Origin: Phoronis australis
Lineage: Eukaryota; Animalia; Phoronida
Direction of reading: 5' to 3'
Length of the DNA stretch: 64,000 nucleotides
Assembly (NCBI GenBank): GCA_002633005.1
Contig: NMRA01000717.1
Location: 1 to 64,000 of the forward strand
A model generated the notes under the pieces. It ran no database searches. It was not told where the DNA came from and saw nothing but the letters and a program-made list of their open reading frames with translations. Positions 51,701 through 62,301 of the stretch are shown here, one piece after another. The position numbers were made by a program, and so were the translations under genes. Positions within the stretch are counted from its first letter, which is position 1; every line of letters begins with the position of its first letter.

Positions 51701-53995
51701 ATTTTGACGTTCAGCCATATATGGTACAGCAGGCTGCACAGTTGGCTAGCTGATCACAGATGCATGATTAAAGTGATATTAAACCCGTGCTTTCCGTGAA
51801 AAAAAATAATGATTTAGGCCACTTGATATTGTGAAATTGATCTTTAAATTCAGTTTTGACGTGGTCTCTGGGCTTGGAAAGAATTGACATTTCGTCACAA
51901 TGTAGTTCCTCACACCAAGCACAGGCATAACATTTCAACACAATGTAGTTCTTCACACCAAGCACAGGCATAACATTTCAGATATCATTTCTAAGTCGAA
52001 TAAGAAACAAAAAACACAAGAATTATATAATGGCAAGTGGGATAAATCAAAACTTTTTCTGACAGAAAGCACGGGTTTAATGTCAAAAGTTAAATAAAAT
52101 CAGGAAGTCGAGAATCAGAATCGGACTTAGGCCCAGCCCTGTAAGTTTGTCACTTGAGGCAATTCAATATCAAACCAGTCAACAGAGCGAAAGGTCAATA
52201 CTTGCCAATGGCCAACGGTCCTGTTGGGTTTACTCATCAGGGGGCTCTTCCACTAAGGTTTAATATACTAGGTATGTGTGGCAAAGTTGACATTTTGTCC
52301 TCAGTAAACAGGTCCTTCTTGATCATGGCTGCCAGAAGACCCATGCAGTTTTCACCGGCAATGACTGTTATTTGGCGAAAACTAGTTCTCAGCTCACAGC
52401 CATTTTCAAGAAGTTGACCGGTTTAGTTGACTTAAAAGCTCACCTTGTAGGTAGTTCTCTTCATCTTGACACCGAGGGTAGTAGCTTAGAGATATATCAG
52501 TATTTGGCTGCGATTTTGAGGAAGGGTGTTAGGTAGATAACAAATGAATCCAATTAGGCCAGGTGGAGAAACTGTTATCTCGAGAAGGGGTTTATGTAGC
52601 CAGCCAGCTATACTTGTCTGAAGAGTAACAAAATTTAGGTGTGTACAGTACAGCTTTACACCAACTAAGGCTAGGGTTTATGTTTCCAGATAAATGTCTC
52701 AGGTAGGGCACTATTTTTCTCTTTAGAGGCGCATGTAGTGTGACCTAGGGGGATAAGTGTTCGCTTCATTTCCTCGTATTCAAGGTCATGGGGCACATTG
52801 CTATTCAGACCATTTGATTCAGGTATCTAACTCCTCCGCTCAATTTTAACTATAATGATTAAAAGCATACGTGTACCCTAACACAACTAACGAAATTGCT
52901 GGCGCAATGGGTCATTTTTTCACAGAGTCGTTACTTATGCATTGGCTGCGATCTCGGCTGATTAAGTTAGATATGACGTAATTAGCGGGCGAAACAACAA
53001 AAACTTTTTCAAACTTATCTCTTTGAACCTTTTACACTAAGTGGAAGTCTCGCATTTTCTTGGGTTCATTTTTCACTCCTCTCGTGAACGTAAGTTCGTT
53101 TGCATTCACGCAAGAATATTTGTTCTCTCGCGAATGTTGCATGGGGTTCGAACTTTGGCGGACTTATTAATGGATCGAGGAAAAATGCTCAGGAGAGGAA
53201 AATAATTTGTTGAGTAATAATCTTCTCAAATGTTGTTGATTTCATGAAAAGGTCAGGTGTGAAGTGGTGGTCCTGATCCAGAGAGAGTGGGAAACTGCAC
53301 TGTTATGACACTTCATGTTATTGTTTAGGTAGAACTACTGCCGACACAGTTTGAAACCGGCATGCCATATCAGTCTGTTACCTACCAGACCACCTGAAAT
53401 TATATTTTTATCATTTTTCTGACTTGCTATTGTGTTGGTCTGAATTTTGAGGCACTGACCCTACCCTTATCCATTATCCATAAGGAATGTTTGGGACCAG
53501 TCATCTCCGGGTTTCCACGATTTTCAGAAAACCACATTTTGAAACAGGTCTTCTATTCTTTTCAGTCTTCAGAGTTGGCCAAAATCACAGGCCACGCGCA
53601 CTTTGTCTTCAAGTTGTGCACTGACGTATGTCGACATCAACATCGAACATGAAATTGAATATAGATAAATAGGCTAAATAAAACACAGGCGTCCTCAGCT
53701 TCTGATCGTCCCCAATACACTACAATATAATAGGTATTATATGTAGTGTATTGGGGACGACCAGAAGCTGAGGACGCCTGTGAAATAAAATACCTTCCAT
53801 GATATCCTCTGTCGGCAATGTTGACGGTGTCTGACGTTCATTTCCATTGTTGTCGTTTGTGTTCGATTTTGCTCGATTCCCTGCATATCCACCATGTGCA
53901 AGCTGAGAAATATCTGCCTCGCTATCGTCTGTTGAGATACTATTGTAGTTCTCGTGCTGAACACTAGACAGATTTGGGCCTGGTTGCTCACTCAT
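21741..53995 (-). CDS. SVOP: Synaptic vesicle 2-related protein (SVOP), MFS transporter, 16 coding exons, 526 aa
   Basis: Exons (5'->3') 53995-53794, 45356-45271, 41480-41382, 39222-39151, 38665-38541, 36814-36751, 35958-35833, 31795-31664, 31077-31001, 30390-30308, 30109-30008, 27853-27742, 25963-25882, 25417-25328, 22332-22219, 21755-21741. All GT-AG, phases consistent, 1581 nt. SVOP-type peptides [62 protein letters not shown]. Confidence 0.93.
22219..22332 (-). CDS. SVOP: SVOP exon 15
   Basis: [38 protein letters not shown]. Confidence 0.93.
23959..24258. mobile_element. MITE with internal ctagaatttgggaca repeats (copy at 24948-25243, partial at 31330-31540)
   Basis: TIR atgataaaaattctccaatttg / caaattggagaatttataccat. 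Confidence 0.6.
25328..25417 (-). CDS. SVOP: SVOP exon 14 (second copy 24342-24431)
   Basis: [30 protein letters not shown]. Confidence 0.92.
25882..25963 (-). CDS. SVOP: SVOP exon 13
   Basis: [27 protein letters not shown]. Confidence 0.93.
26543..28190. repeat. Tandem duplication across N at 27450 (SVOP exon 12); probable haplotype artefact
   Basis: 26543-27285 matches 27451-28190. Confidence 0.85.
27742..27853 (-). CDS. SVOP: SVOP exon 12 (second copy 26834-26945)
   Basis: [37 protein letters not shown]. Confidence 0.9.
29556..29957. mobile_element. Tc1/mariner (pogo/Tigger-like) MITE; haplotype copy at 28384-28797
   Basis: TA|cagtggagcccacttaatgtcat ... atgatattaagcgggctcctctg|TA. Confidence 0.7.
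30008..30109 (-). CDS. SVOP: SVOP exon 11 (second copy 28848-28949)
   Basis: [34 protein letters not shown]. Confidence 0.9.
30308..30390 (-). CDS. SVOP: SVOP exon 10 (second copy 29148-29230)
   Basis: [27 protein letters not shown]. Confidence 0.9.
31001..31077 (-). CDS. SVOP: SVOP exon 9
   Basis: [26 protein letters not shown]. Confidence 0.92.
31664..31795 (-). CDS. SVOP: SVOP exon 8
   Basis: [13 protein letters not shown]...[16 protein letters not shown]. Confidence 0.93.
31879..32569. mobile_element. Tc1/mariner-type MITE, 691 bp; partial haplotype copy 34537-35108
   Basis: TA|cagtacagccactgaatt ... aattcagtggctgtactg|TA; perfect 18-bp TIR extendable to ~25 bp; internal gcgtga repeats. 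Confidence 0.8.
33557..33713 (-). mobile_element. tRNA-derived SINE (haplotype copy 36349-36505)
   Basis: Minus strand shows A-box TGGCTAAGTG and B-box GGTTTGAGTCCC, then a body shared with 37830-38010 and 52727-52875. Confidence 0.7.
34076..34400. repeat. (gtgtcacagaca)n 12-bp repeat interrupted by a 77-bp MITE at 34267-34343; copy at 36868-37190
   Basis: Degenerate 12-bp units; insert TIR catgggtggtgca / tgcgccgcccatg. Confidence 0.8.
35833..35958 (-). CDS. SVOP: SVOP exon 7 (second copy 33041-33166)
   Basis: [33 protein letters not shown]; the copies differ by one I/V change. Confidence 0.9.
36751..36814 (-). CDS. SVOP: SVOP exon 6 (second copy 33959-34022)
   Basis: [21 protein letters not shown]. 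Confidence 0.9.
37830..38010 (-). mobile_element. tRNA-derived SINE, 5'-truncated
   Basis: B-box GGTTCAAGTCCC; shared body gaggagctaga..tcaagggt.tagcagt. Confidence 0.65.
38541..38665 (-). CDS. SVOP: SVOP exon 5
   Basis: [42 protein letters not shown]. Confidence 0.93.
39151..39222 (-). CDS. SVOP: SVOP exon 4 (canonical length)
   Basis: [24 protein letters not shown]; MFS motif A; the acceptor lies within a 19-bp repeat. Confidence 0.88.
39212..39344. repeat. 19-bp minisatellite x7 overlapping the SVOP exon-4 acceptor
   Basis: (tgaatacaatctgtaacag)n. Confidence 0.95.
40172..40467. repeat. 33-bp minisatellite, about 9 copies
   Basis: (catgagactgggccctacagcacgatgtatact)n. Confidence 0.92.
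41382..41480 (-). CDS. SVOP: SVOP exon 3
   Basis: [33 protein letters not shown]. Confidence 0.94.
41630..41925. repeat. 20-bp minisatellite, about 14 copies
   Basis: (tgaactgagtgaagtgcttt)n. Confidence 0.92.
42291..44014 (-). mobile_element. HINE/DINE-1-like element, copy 2 (inverted, longer internal array)
   Basis: Minus strand begins ttttATGTGCCCAC-atatttatat-GTGGACACAT, then (GTCC)n, and ends GTGGGCACATttCAACGctacaCGTTGctcttgtt. Confidence 0.82.
45271..45356 (-). CDS. SVOP: SVOP exon 2
   Basis: [28 protein letters not shown]|gtaagt. Confidence 0.92.
45560..45960 (-). mobile_element. Decayed 3' end of a LINE ORF2 (I/Nimb-like)
   Basis: Frameshifted NRLRIGQ and CPF..DTE fragments resemble the RLRIGH...C-x2-C C-terminal region of I-group LINEs; recognised by eye only. 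Confidence 0.3.
46128..46250. repeat. 17-bp minisatellite, about 7 copies
   Basis: (tgtttgatacaacaaaw)n. Confidence 0.92.
51135..51490. mobile_element. MITE (PIF/Harbinger-like) with ~20-bp TIRs
   Basis: cggatcagctgacacggaac ... gttccgtgtcagttgcaccg. Confidence 0.65.
51768..52093. mobile_element. TTAA-flanked MITE (Kolobok-like)
   Basis: gatattaaacccgtgctttc / gaaagcacgggtttaatgtc; internal ~43-bp tandem duplication. Confidence 0.65.
52727..52875 (+). mobile_element. tRNA-derived SINE, degenerate
   Basis: gataagtgttcgcttc head and ttgattcaggtatctaactcctc body match the family. Confidence 0.55.
53684..53782. mobile_element. 99-bp fold-back MITE with 8-bp TSD (hAT-like)
   Basis: 48-bp arms with 1 mismatch and 1 bulge, CA...TG termini, flanked on both sides by aaataaaa. 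Confidence 0.85.
53794..53995 (-). CDS. SVOP: SVOP exon 1 (low-complexity cytoplasmic N-terminus)
   Basis: MSEQPGPN...EDIME then phase-1 GT donor matching exon 2; the N-terminus is not recognisably conserved, so this assignment is inferred. Confidence 0.65.
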
Positions 53996-54070
53996 ATCGC
54001 CCCGATTACAACGTCTCACTGGATGCCCATCGAATCGGTCTGTGGTCACAGTGTTAACAATTGAGATTGT

Positions 54071-54085
54071 TGCGCCCTCTAGTGG
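54071..54085 (-). promoter_or_regulatory. CTCF-consensus motif just upstream of the SVOP start codon
   Basis: Minus strand CCACTAGAGGGCGCA, 76-90 bp upstream of the ATG; matches CCASYAGRKGGCRS. Confidence 0.5.
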
Positions 54086-57000
54086 GCTTGTAAATTCTTA
54101 GGTCTACCCTGTAGGCCTACGACGGCTTTACCCGCCAAATTGAGTTTCGCTCAGTATTCCCGCACCAGAGTGTCAGTTATTCGTGTGATACCGGAGTTTT
54201 GTACCCGGCCTTGGTTTTGCCTCTAACATTTCGATCGCTTGGTCTAAAAATTTTCAGACCCTTATCATAAACAATATCTAACTACAATAAGCACCAGGCT
54301 AACTGCTGACAGACACATCACCCTTACTCCAAAACCACACATGAATGGATGAAACTACTTTTGACCAGCTGCATCGGTTTAGGGATAAAACCCAACTTAG
54401 GACAGTTCTTTCTGTGGCCGGGTAAATGCGAACACCGGGGATTATATACATGAACCAGTGCCAGACAACTGAAAACACGAAATACCAGTTTTAACATATA
54501 CTCAGAATCATGATCGCATTATTGTTTATACACATGTTAAATAAGATTGCATGCACAACGCCAATGGAAAAATTACAAAACCTACAGATTGAATTAGGAC
54601 TCAGGAAAGTCCAAGAAATGGCAGCAAAATCAAATAACGCTTGTAGTTCGAACAACTAAGCTTGAAAATAAACAATCTCTGTTTCTTCAAGAAATAGATG
54701 CGAGCAACTAATGAGACACAATTTGAACCAAAGTATCAGGAACTGAATTGTAAAACTTTAACATTCATCAGAGTCAATTGCAAACAATGATAAAAATAAC
54801 ATGGATGCAGAATAACGGTAGTTGTATTTCACTTATTTATAAGTATAGTGGTGTAGAACAGAACATGACAAATTAATGTAGAATAGGAACGATGTACACA
54901 CACTGTTGGATGCACATATATTTTAGCACAGTCAATGGATGTTCAGTAGACGCAATTTTCAACTAGTAGTCTTTGTCCAAATGAATATTGGATTTTATTA
55001 TTTTTGAATTTTCACTTGCTTTCTTAAATAAGCACATTCATTCACTGGGTGTTGCTGCAGTTATAAGAATATTTCCAACCACACACAGTTAACAACGTTA
55101 ATTTTTCTTTTTAAGGTGTAAATGCTTAAGCATTATACAACAAATAGTCTAGCTCAACGAAATTCTGTTCGCTTTCGTGAGGTGAATCCACTAAGCTGTC
55201 AGTTTCTGCTCAAATCTGATTATTAAAGTCTGACTTAGGCTAGAAAGCAAGTACAATATTATTTTTATCCATACTCCCTGTAAAACATTACGGTAAATGT
55301 CAGGTAAACTGTGAATTGAGTAAATGTCCTTAATGTTTTGTGTGAAAACAAAACAACTTAAGCAAAACAACAGATGAGTTACACAGTGACTGCAATCAAA
55401 ATGTAACATTAGAAATCAAAGATCAGAGTGATGAGTAACAGCAGTGTCCACTGTAACTGTGTTACTGGAATGAGTAGGGCCTACACACACACCATACACA
55501 TGTCAGAGTGACTGCACAGCAAGATAATTGTACAAGTAATACAATTGTGCAGTACACTTCAAGCGTTTGCGTCATGTAAACGGGAATACACATGTAGATA
55601 TAATGTGTTAAGACCACGCTTTCATTCTGCGACACTTTATTGAATCTAAATCACTTGTGCCCTGACATACAGAAAGCAGTACTGTGTCTGCAACAATGGT
55701 CATCCTGTCACTTGCAAGCAATTATTCTTCGAATGGGCAATGTGTCAAAGTCGTGAACCAATGAGGTCACCCAACCAAGTTAACTTGTACTACGACATCA
55801 ACGTACAGAAATGAGCAGTACATCACATGGATACTAAGGCTGGATAGATAGCCCATAGAAGTTACACGACAGAAAACAAAGCAAGTTGATAGAAACATAT
55901 CTGAAATCTTTTGTTGTGCTAACGTAAAAGTAAATCCAAAATGAACAGTTATTCAATAAAGAGACAACTTAAACTAAGACAGCAAGACCAATTTGAAAAC
56001 CATGTCATTCCTGGCTTTTAGTGGCACCAACACAGGGTCCGAGTGATTTTTGAGCGATGACAGGCAGACCAATAGACCAAAACAAACCCAAACAAATGTA
56101 CAATTATGACACAATTACAATATTTTAGTACTGCACAAGTTTGATGAAAATGCGGAAGAATCTGGCCTATATAGATGACTTTACGTCCGAATAACCGAGG
56201 AACTTATTTTTAGACGCTTGAATAAATAATCTCATTAATTTGTTCACGTTTCATATAGAGTGGAGTATTCCTCTTTTTCTTCAACAACAAGATTTTAAAT
56301 GTCGCCTGTAAATTATAATTTTTTTCTTTTCATTATTCATAAGTTGATAAAGTGTTTAGTTGTTGGAATTTTGACCTTTCCTTTCTGTTTAGTCCTGTCA
56401 CTTAGCAAATGTTATTAGTGAAATGAACATTTTACCATAGACAACTTGTTTTCAGTTTATAGAAAGCTCTTTAGAAACTTCAGAGTTCACCTTTTTGCAG
56501 AGAAATGTTGCTTCTCAGATTTTAGGTGTGTTCCCTGCAACAGAATCTAAAATAAAAGAGTAGGACACAACCAGATGACCACCTGGGATTGCCACTTTTA
56601 AGGCCAGGGGGTACTTTCATTTGCTGTTATAAGAATCAAACAAAAGCACGCTTTTAGTAGTTGATCAAGTGAGAGAGGATATAATTCTTTGGGACTTTGC
56701 CACCATTCCCCGTCATCATAGCGTGGACCTCATTTTGCGTTACTTTTTTGCCATCATCTGATCCTCTTCTCTGTGTGTGATAAGATCTCCTTGAGAAAGA
56801 ATTAAGTTTCACGTACCGGTAGGCAATCTGTTGTTTACAGCTATATTTAGCTTTTTGTTGACTTCAATCCATTGACTACAGGATATACATCAAATACACT
56901 GGGTGATTTAGAACAGGCACTAACAAAGGGATTACCAATTAGTGATTACACACTCAGTTAATGTTAAGTAAACTTAATTGAAGAGCATTTATTTATAGGT

Positions 57001-58253
57001 ACCCTGAGTTCATGCATAGCTATTTTCTCCTCTTTAGTGTGTTGGAGGGGTATTTTGGTGCTGTCTTGGGACTGAAGATCCCTATCTATTTCTCCTGGTT
57101 TTATCACCACTGTCACATATGAATCAGTCTCAGTTCATATCTAAAGTAGTTGTAGGTCACAACCAACACTCTCACAACAAATGTTAGACTAAAAAGAGAT
57201 TTGCAGGGTAAAGACAACTGATATGGGATTCTGGGAACTGAAGCAATACACAATTACGGCCATAAAAGTGCGACTCAACTGTGCATGTATATGTATATGA
57301 CCTGTTCACTTCAATGTTGTTAACCAAGCATATGTGGAACGTTTGACTGAACATGTATAGCCAAAACATAGCCTGGGATCGAACACAATGATGATGGTTT
57401 CAAGAAAACGCCCTAAATTGTGAAATGGATTTAGAGGTTGCACGCTACCATGAAAAAAGAATAGTTTATAAAATTGTGACATCAGCGTATTTCTAAGCTG
57501 TAAGGTCACCTTGGTTAGCTTCAGTCTCATTTTGGAATGGATATAAAGTGTACAGTAAACTTGTTCAGAGTGTTTCTTTTAATACTTGTATGAAAATGGA
57601 GAATTGGTTAAATTCAATGTAGTGACTATTTTCAGTTTACACATTCAAATTAAAAAATATAATTAATGAATAAACAAGATTGCTTATTTAGGTTAATAAT
57701 GTCTAAGATTCTCTTGACAACTGTTGCCAACTTTATTAAAGTCTGCCATTATCTTTTGTCTTGTTCTACTTACAGGTGTTCATTTAAATGGATGACACCA
57801 GTGACGTCTGCATAACCAACTTACACAGGGACATATGCGCAACTGAAATAGTTCTCAATATATGATATAGCTGTAAAACTATTATATCCACTATTACGAA
57901 AATATCATGACGTTCTGGAAAGTGCATGAATGAAAGTAAAAGCTTGTGTTAAATCACCAAAGCCTGTACAGAAAATCACAACAAGTTTTGTATTCATACA
58001 CCACCTTATTATTTTGTAAAATCATAAATATTGGATGTAGAAAAAATCAATATCATCTCATACACTGTTTTTTGTGTTGTTTTTGTATATTTTAACGAAA
58101 AGTCTTTAAGTATTTTATAAAAATTCATTTATAGCGTGTACAGAATACTACGCTGGGTGTTAAGTTCCAATGTTTACTATTACTACCAGTAGTGATTGAG
58201 GGTGTGGGTAAGTTGACACTTTCTAAGTTATAAACATAGCAGCAGTCCGAGAT

Positions 58254-60085
58254 CTGTACTGCTGTAGCTAGAGACCAGGCGAGTTTTCTCATGTGCAGTT
58301 ATAATTCCCAGCTGCCTATAATGCATGGTCTGCAACGAGAACGTATTAAAATCACAACGCTACCAGAATGCACTCTTTTTATTGCTTACTAAACTTGATG
58401 TCTTTACTGACACCGCGGATACCAGTAGTTTTCACTGTCATCCACGTCCGTATAGGGGCTCGCATTCCATCACGGTGGCACTTATGAGTGGCAACTGCTG
58501 CCAGGTGGTTTGTTGATTGGCACAATTATGTTGCATACTCAGCAGAATTAATGAGGAACAAATTATTACAGCATTCATTGTTCAAGGAAGTCACGCACTA
58601 AGTTTCCTGCATCGATCCTAACCACTTCACCAGACACACGAAAAATTTTCAAGCGTCAGGGTTAAACCGTGACAACCGGCATAGGCGTGGGGCCGAGGAC
58701 AATCGAGAAAAGAAAGACTGTGAAATACAGATAAGAGAGAAAATTCAAGAGCACTTTTGACAACTCTGCATCAGTGCATGGTTAACCTTTTGAGGACCTT
58801 GGCCAGGACATTGTCGTTAGGGTCTCCGCTTTTGCAGTACAGGTCGTCTAAACGCACTGGAAAACGCGCGCGATTTCAATCATACGTATTTATGCTCGGA
58901 ATATGTCCCGAAAATAATAGGTGCGTCGCAAGCTCCGTTTCCAGAGATACAAAGGAGACCGTGTATAGGCAATATAAGGTCATTTATTATGACTGATAAG
59001 GTACAGAAATATGAGTGTAGAAATAACATAAAGATAAAATAATAATCTCTGGAAAGATGGGCAATAAAAAGCGCCAGCACTCAGGTAAGAGGAACTACCC
59101 AGAGTAGAGGGTGGTAGAGGGCGGGAAAAATGAAGAGAGATTAGCTCGAACCTAAGTGCTGCAAAGCGAAGTACAGATGGCAGGAAATATAACTTTCTTG
59201 AGAACAAAGGAACCCTATGACACGTGACAATCATCAGCCTATGGGAGCCAGGAGCTGACCAAACTCGTGGCAGTAATACAAACAAACCAATAGTGAGGCT
59301 GGAAATGGAATGTCCTAGTGCCATGAGAGCAGGAGGACCGCATGCGAATCTACACAAGGGGTTATTGGACCAGTCCGAAAGAAGGGGGTATAAGAGGGAC
59401 GAGTCCATATTCTCGCATAAATATATTTAACGAGTGAAATGTCATTTNCTGTACTGCTGTAGCTAGAGACCAGGGGAGTTTTCTCATGTGCAGTTATAAT
59501 TCCCAGCTGCCTATAATGCATGGTCTGCAACGAGAACGTATTAAAATCACAACGCAGCGAGAATGCACTCTTTTTATTGCTTACTAAACTCGATGTCTTT
59601 ACTGACACCGCGGATACCAGTAGTTTTCACTGTCATCCACGTCCGTATAGGGGCTCACATTCCATCACGGTGGCACTCATGAGTGGCAACTGCTGCCAGG
59701 TGGTTTATTGATTGGCACAATTATGTTGCATACTCAGCAGAATTAATGAGGAACAAATTATTACAGCATTCATTGTTCAAGGAAGTCACGCACTAAGTTT
59801 CCTGCATAGATCCTAACCACTCCACCAGACACCCCAAAAATTTTCAAGCGTTAGGGTTAAACCGTGACAACCGACATAGGCGTGGGGACGAGGACAGTCG
59901 AGAAAAGAAAGACTGTGAAATACGGATAACAGAGAAAATTTAAGAGAACTTTTGACAACTCTGCATCAGTGCATGGTTAACCTTTTGAGGACCCTGGCCA
60001 GGACATTGTCGTTAGGGTCTCCGCTTTTGCAGCACAGGTCGTATAAACAGACTGGAAAACGCGCACGAATTCAATCATACGTATA
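58254..60085. repeat. Tandem duplication across N at 59448; probable haplotype artefact
   Basis: 58254-58889 matches 59449-60085; the first copy continues into an extra element. Confidence 0.85.
58887..59423. mobile_element. Non-autonomous DNA element with imperfect TIRs, present in one haplotype copy only
   Basis: tatttatgctcggaatatg ... catattctcgcataaata; absent at the equivalent site near 60085. Confidence 0.5.
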
Positions 60086-62155
60086 TTTCGAAAAATCGAG
60101 AAAATTTGTAAAGCAAAGCTTTTAAGGAGCGTACTAATTTACTGGATTTTTAAATTTTGCGAATGCAAAACTATATTTTTCCAGATGCCCTTCTCAGGCA
60201 AGGGATAGCGGAAACAACTTTTGCTTTATTTTTCTCTCGAAATTGTATATTACTTGAGAAAAAATAATGACTTGACAAATAACATCAATTGCAGCGCATT
60301 TCCTGATATTTGAAAATATAGATCTTTTCATATTTAGGGGCCCCGCCCTTGAAGGAGGCCATTGATGACCTTTTTGTGTTTTTATTGACAAATTCCTAAG
60401 GGGCCGCTCACGAAGAGAGGGCCCACTGTTGGAATCGATTACCTCTATTTTCCTGCTTTTTGTGAAATCGTGCAACCGTCTTTCATGTTGACGGAAGTCA
60501 CTCCCTACATCGTTTTGGGACCACACGACGGTGGAATGCACTGTCACTCTCTTCCAAGCTTAATGCTGTTTAGCCTTTCATCTTAAGGTGTACCATTTCA
60601 GAAGGTACCCTCTCCATCGGTGGAGCGGTTCGGGGGAAATGTCCTTTTGTCCCTCTGCACATGTAAATCCGACACTGCCAAGTATTCACGACGGAAATTG
60701 AGATTCCAAAATCATCAAAAAACAAAACATTAATGCACAACACAGCCAATCGACCCAAACAACTAAAAATGTGAAAAAATACAGTAGGATTGCCGCCATC
60801 GAAAGGGTGGAATTTTGAAGAACGTGACGACCACTATTTGTGAATTACACAAAAATACGATTTCCAATCGTCAGTTATAAAATAATATTTCTGTTTCCCG
60901 TAGTATCATAAGAATAATATCTCCTTTAATACTATGAGTCATTTATAAGGAATTCCCACAGGTGGAAAACACAGCTGTATAGGCTACTATTTGTGATGAC
61001 CGTGTACATGTCGAAAAGGGGAAATCAAAGAACTCTCGCAATCGTAAACAAAGATTTCAGCGTTTTTTTTGTCAGTGGAGTTCAAGTTTACCTCGTGAAC
61101 CTTTATACATGTAGGCACCTCTGAAATGAGCAAAAATACGAATGCCCCATCTCCTATATTCCCCCGGTTTTTACCCGTCAAAAGTCTGCAAGCATGCATG
61201 CGGAAATTGCATTTAACATTCCGATTTGATAAAAAAAATCTTGGTTTCTGATTTACTTGTTTATGTATCTATGAAAATCGATAGGTTCATTGATGATTTT
61301 TGACATTTAGAAGCTAATCTTGTAAGAATGATGTTTCAGTGAATACAGCAGCCTGAATTTGGAAAACTCTATAATCCGATCCCCAAATAGTAAAGTACAC
61401 TTATAGGCGATTTTTGCATATCTAAAATAACTCTCAAAGACTGACGAAATTCGGATTCACAAACTGTAGGTAGAAAAAAAAGTTTTAAAAATCCTCAAAT
61501 AAATAAAATTAAACTCATTGCTTGGAAAGGTTGTCCTTGCACTTCCTTGGTTTTTTTAGTTTCCTTAGTATTAAGCAATGAATTTTTGTTCTTCAAAATG
61601 GAATTGATTTCTTGTCCTGATTCGCGTGCACGTCATGACTGACGTACCCACGTTAAAAATAAGATGTAACCCTGCAGTAGGCCCGGCGCGCAGAATCTCA
61701 GTGATCGACGGGAACTGAATTTGAACTCCAGGCGTTCAGGAAGTGTGTACATTTTTGGGACACACTATCCTTTTCACCAGCCACCAGAAACTGGATTACC
61801 GGTCGTGTTTCAACCAGGCATTTTGAAACATCCCCAGGGGCTTCGGGACCTCACCTTATCAAAAAAAAAACTTCAAAGAATGGTCATAATAAAATAAAAT
61901 TTTCCCGAAACTGGATCACAATAAAACGAATCTTTACTGTAGAGCGAGCGCAGACGACCGGTACGAGCTGAGCTCAGTGACCAGCAACTGAGTTCATCAG
62001 GAATTTCGTATTTTCACTGTTAGGTCTCAGCTATAGCTATTTGAGGCAGCTCCTCGCTACCAGTCAGTGTACTGGTCCCTATAGGCGCACTCTTACTCTC
62101 CGTGTTGGTTCACGGTTACTCAACTCTTGATGGCTTCATCCCCGCGGGATTGTGC

Positions 62156-62301
62156 CAGGGACGGATTCAGGATTTTGAGTGGGGGGGGGCAGGGCAGAGT
62201 ATTATCCAAGGAGTTTACCCGTCAGAAATTCGCACCCTCGAACTGACAAATGGAATCTTAAGGGGGCCATGGCCCCTTAGTCACCCCTAAATCCGCCACT
62301 G
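62156..62301. mobile_element. Short GC-rich MITE (cagggacggattcag ... ctaaatccgccactg)
   Basis: Imperfect TIRs; a related end ctagatctgccactg occurs at ~3400-3414. Confidence 0.5.

Noticed and set aside
53996-54049. Upstream GTG extension of SVOP in the ORF track
   Set aside because: A non-AUG start derived from a prokaryotic-style ORF call; the first in-frame ATG is at 53995.
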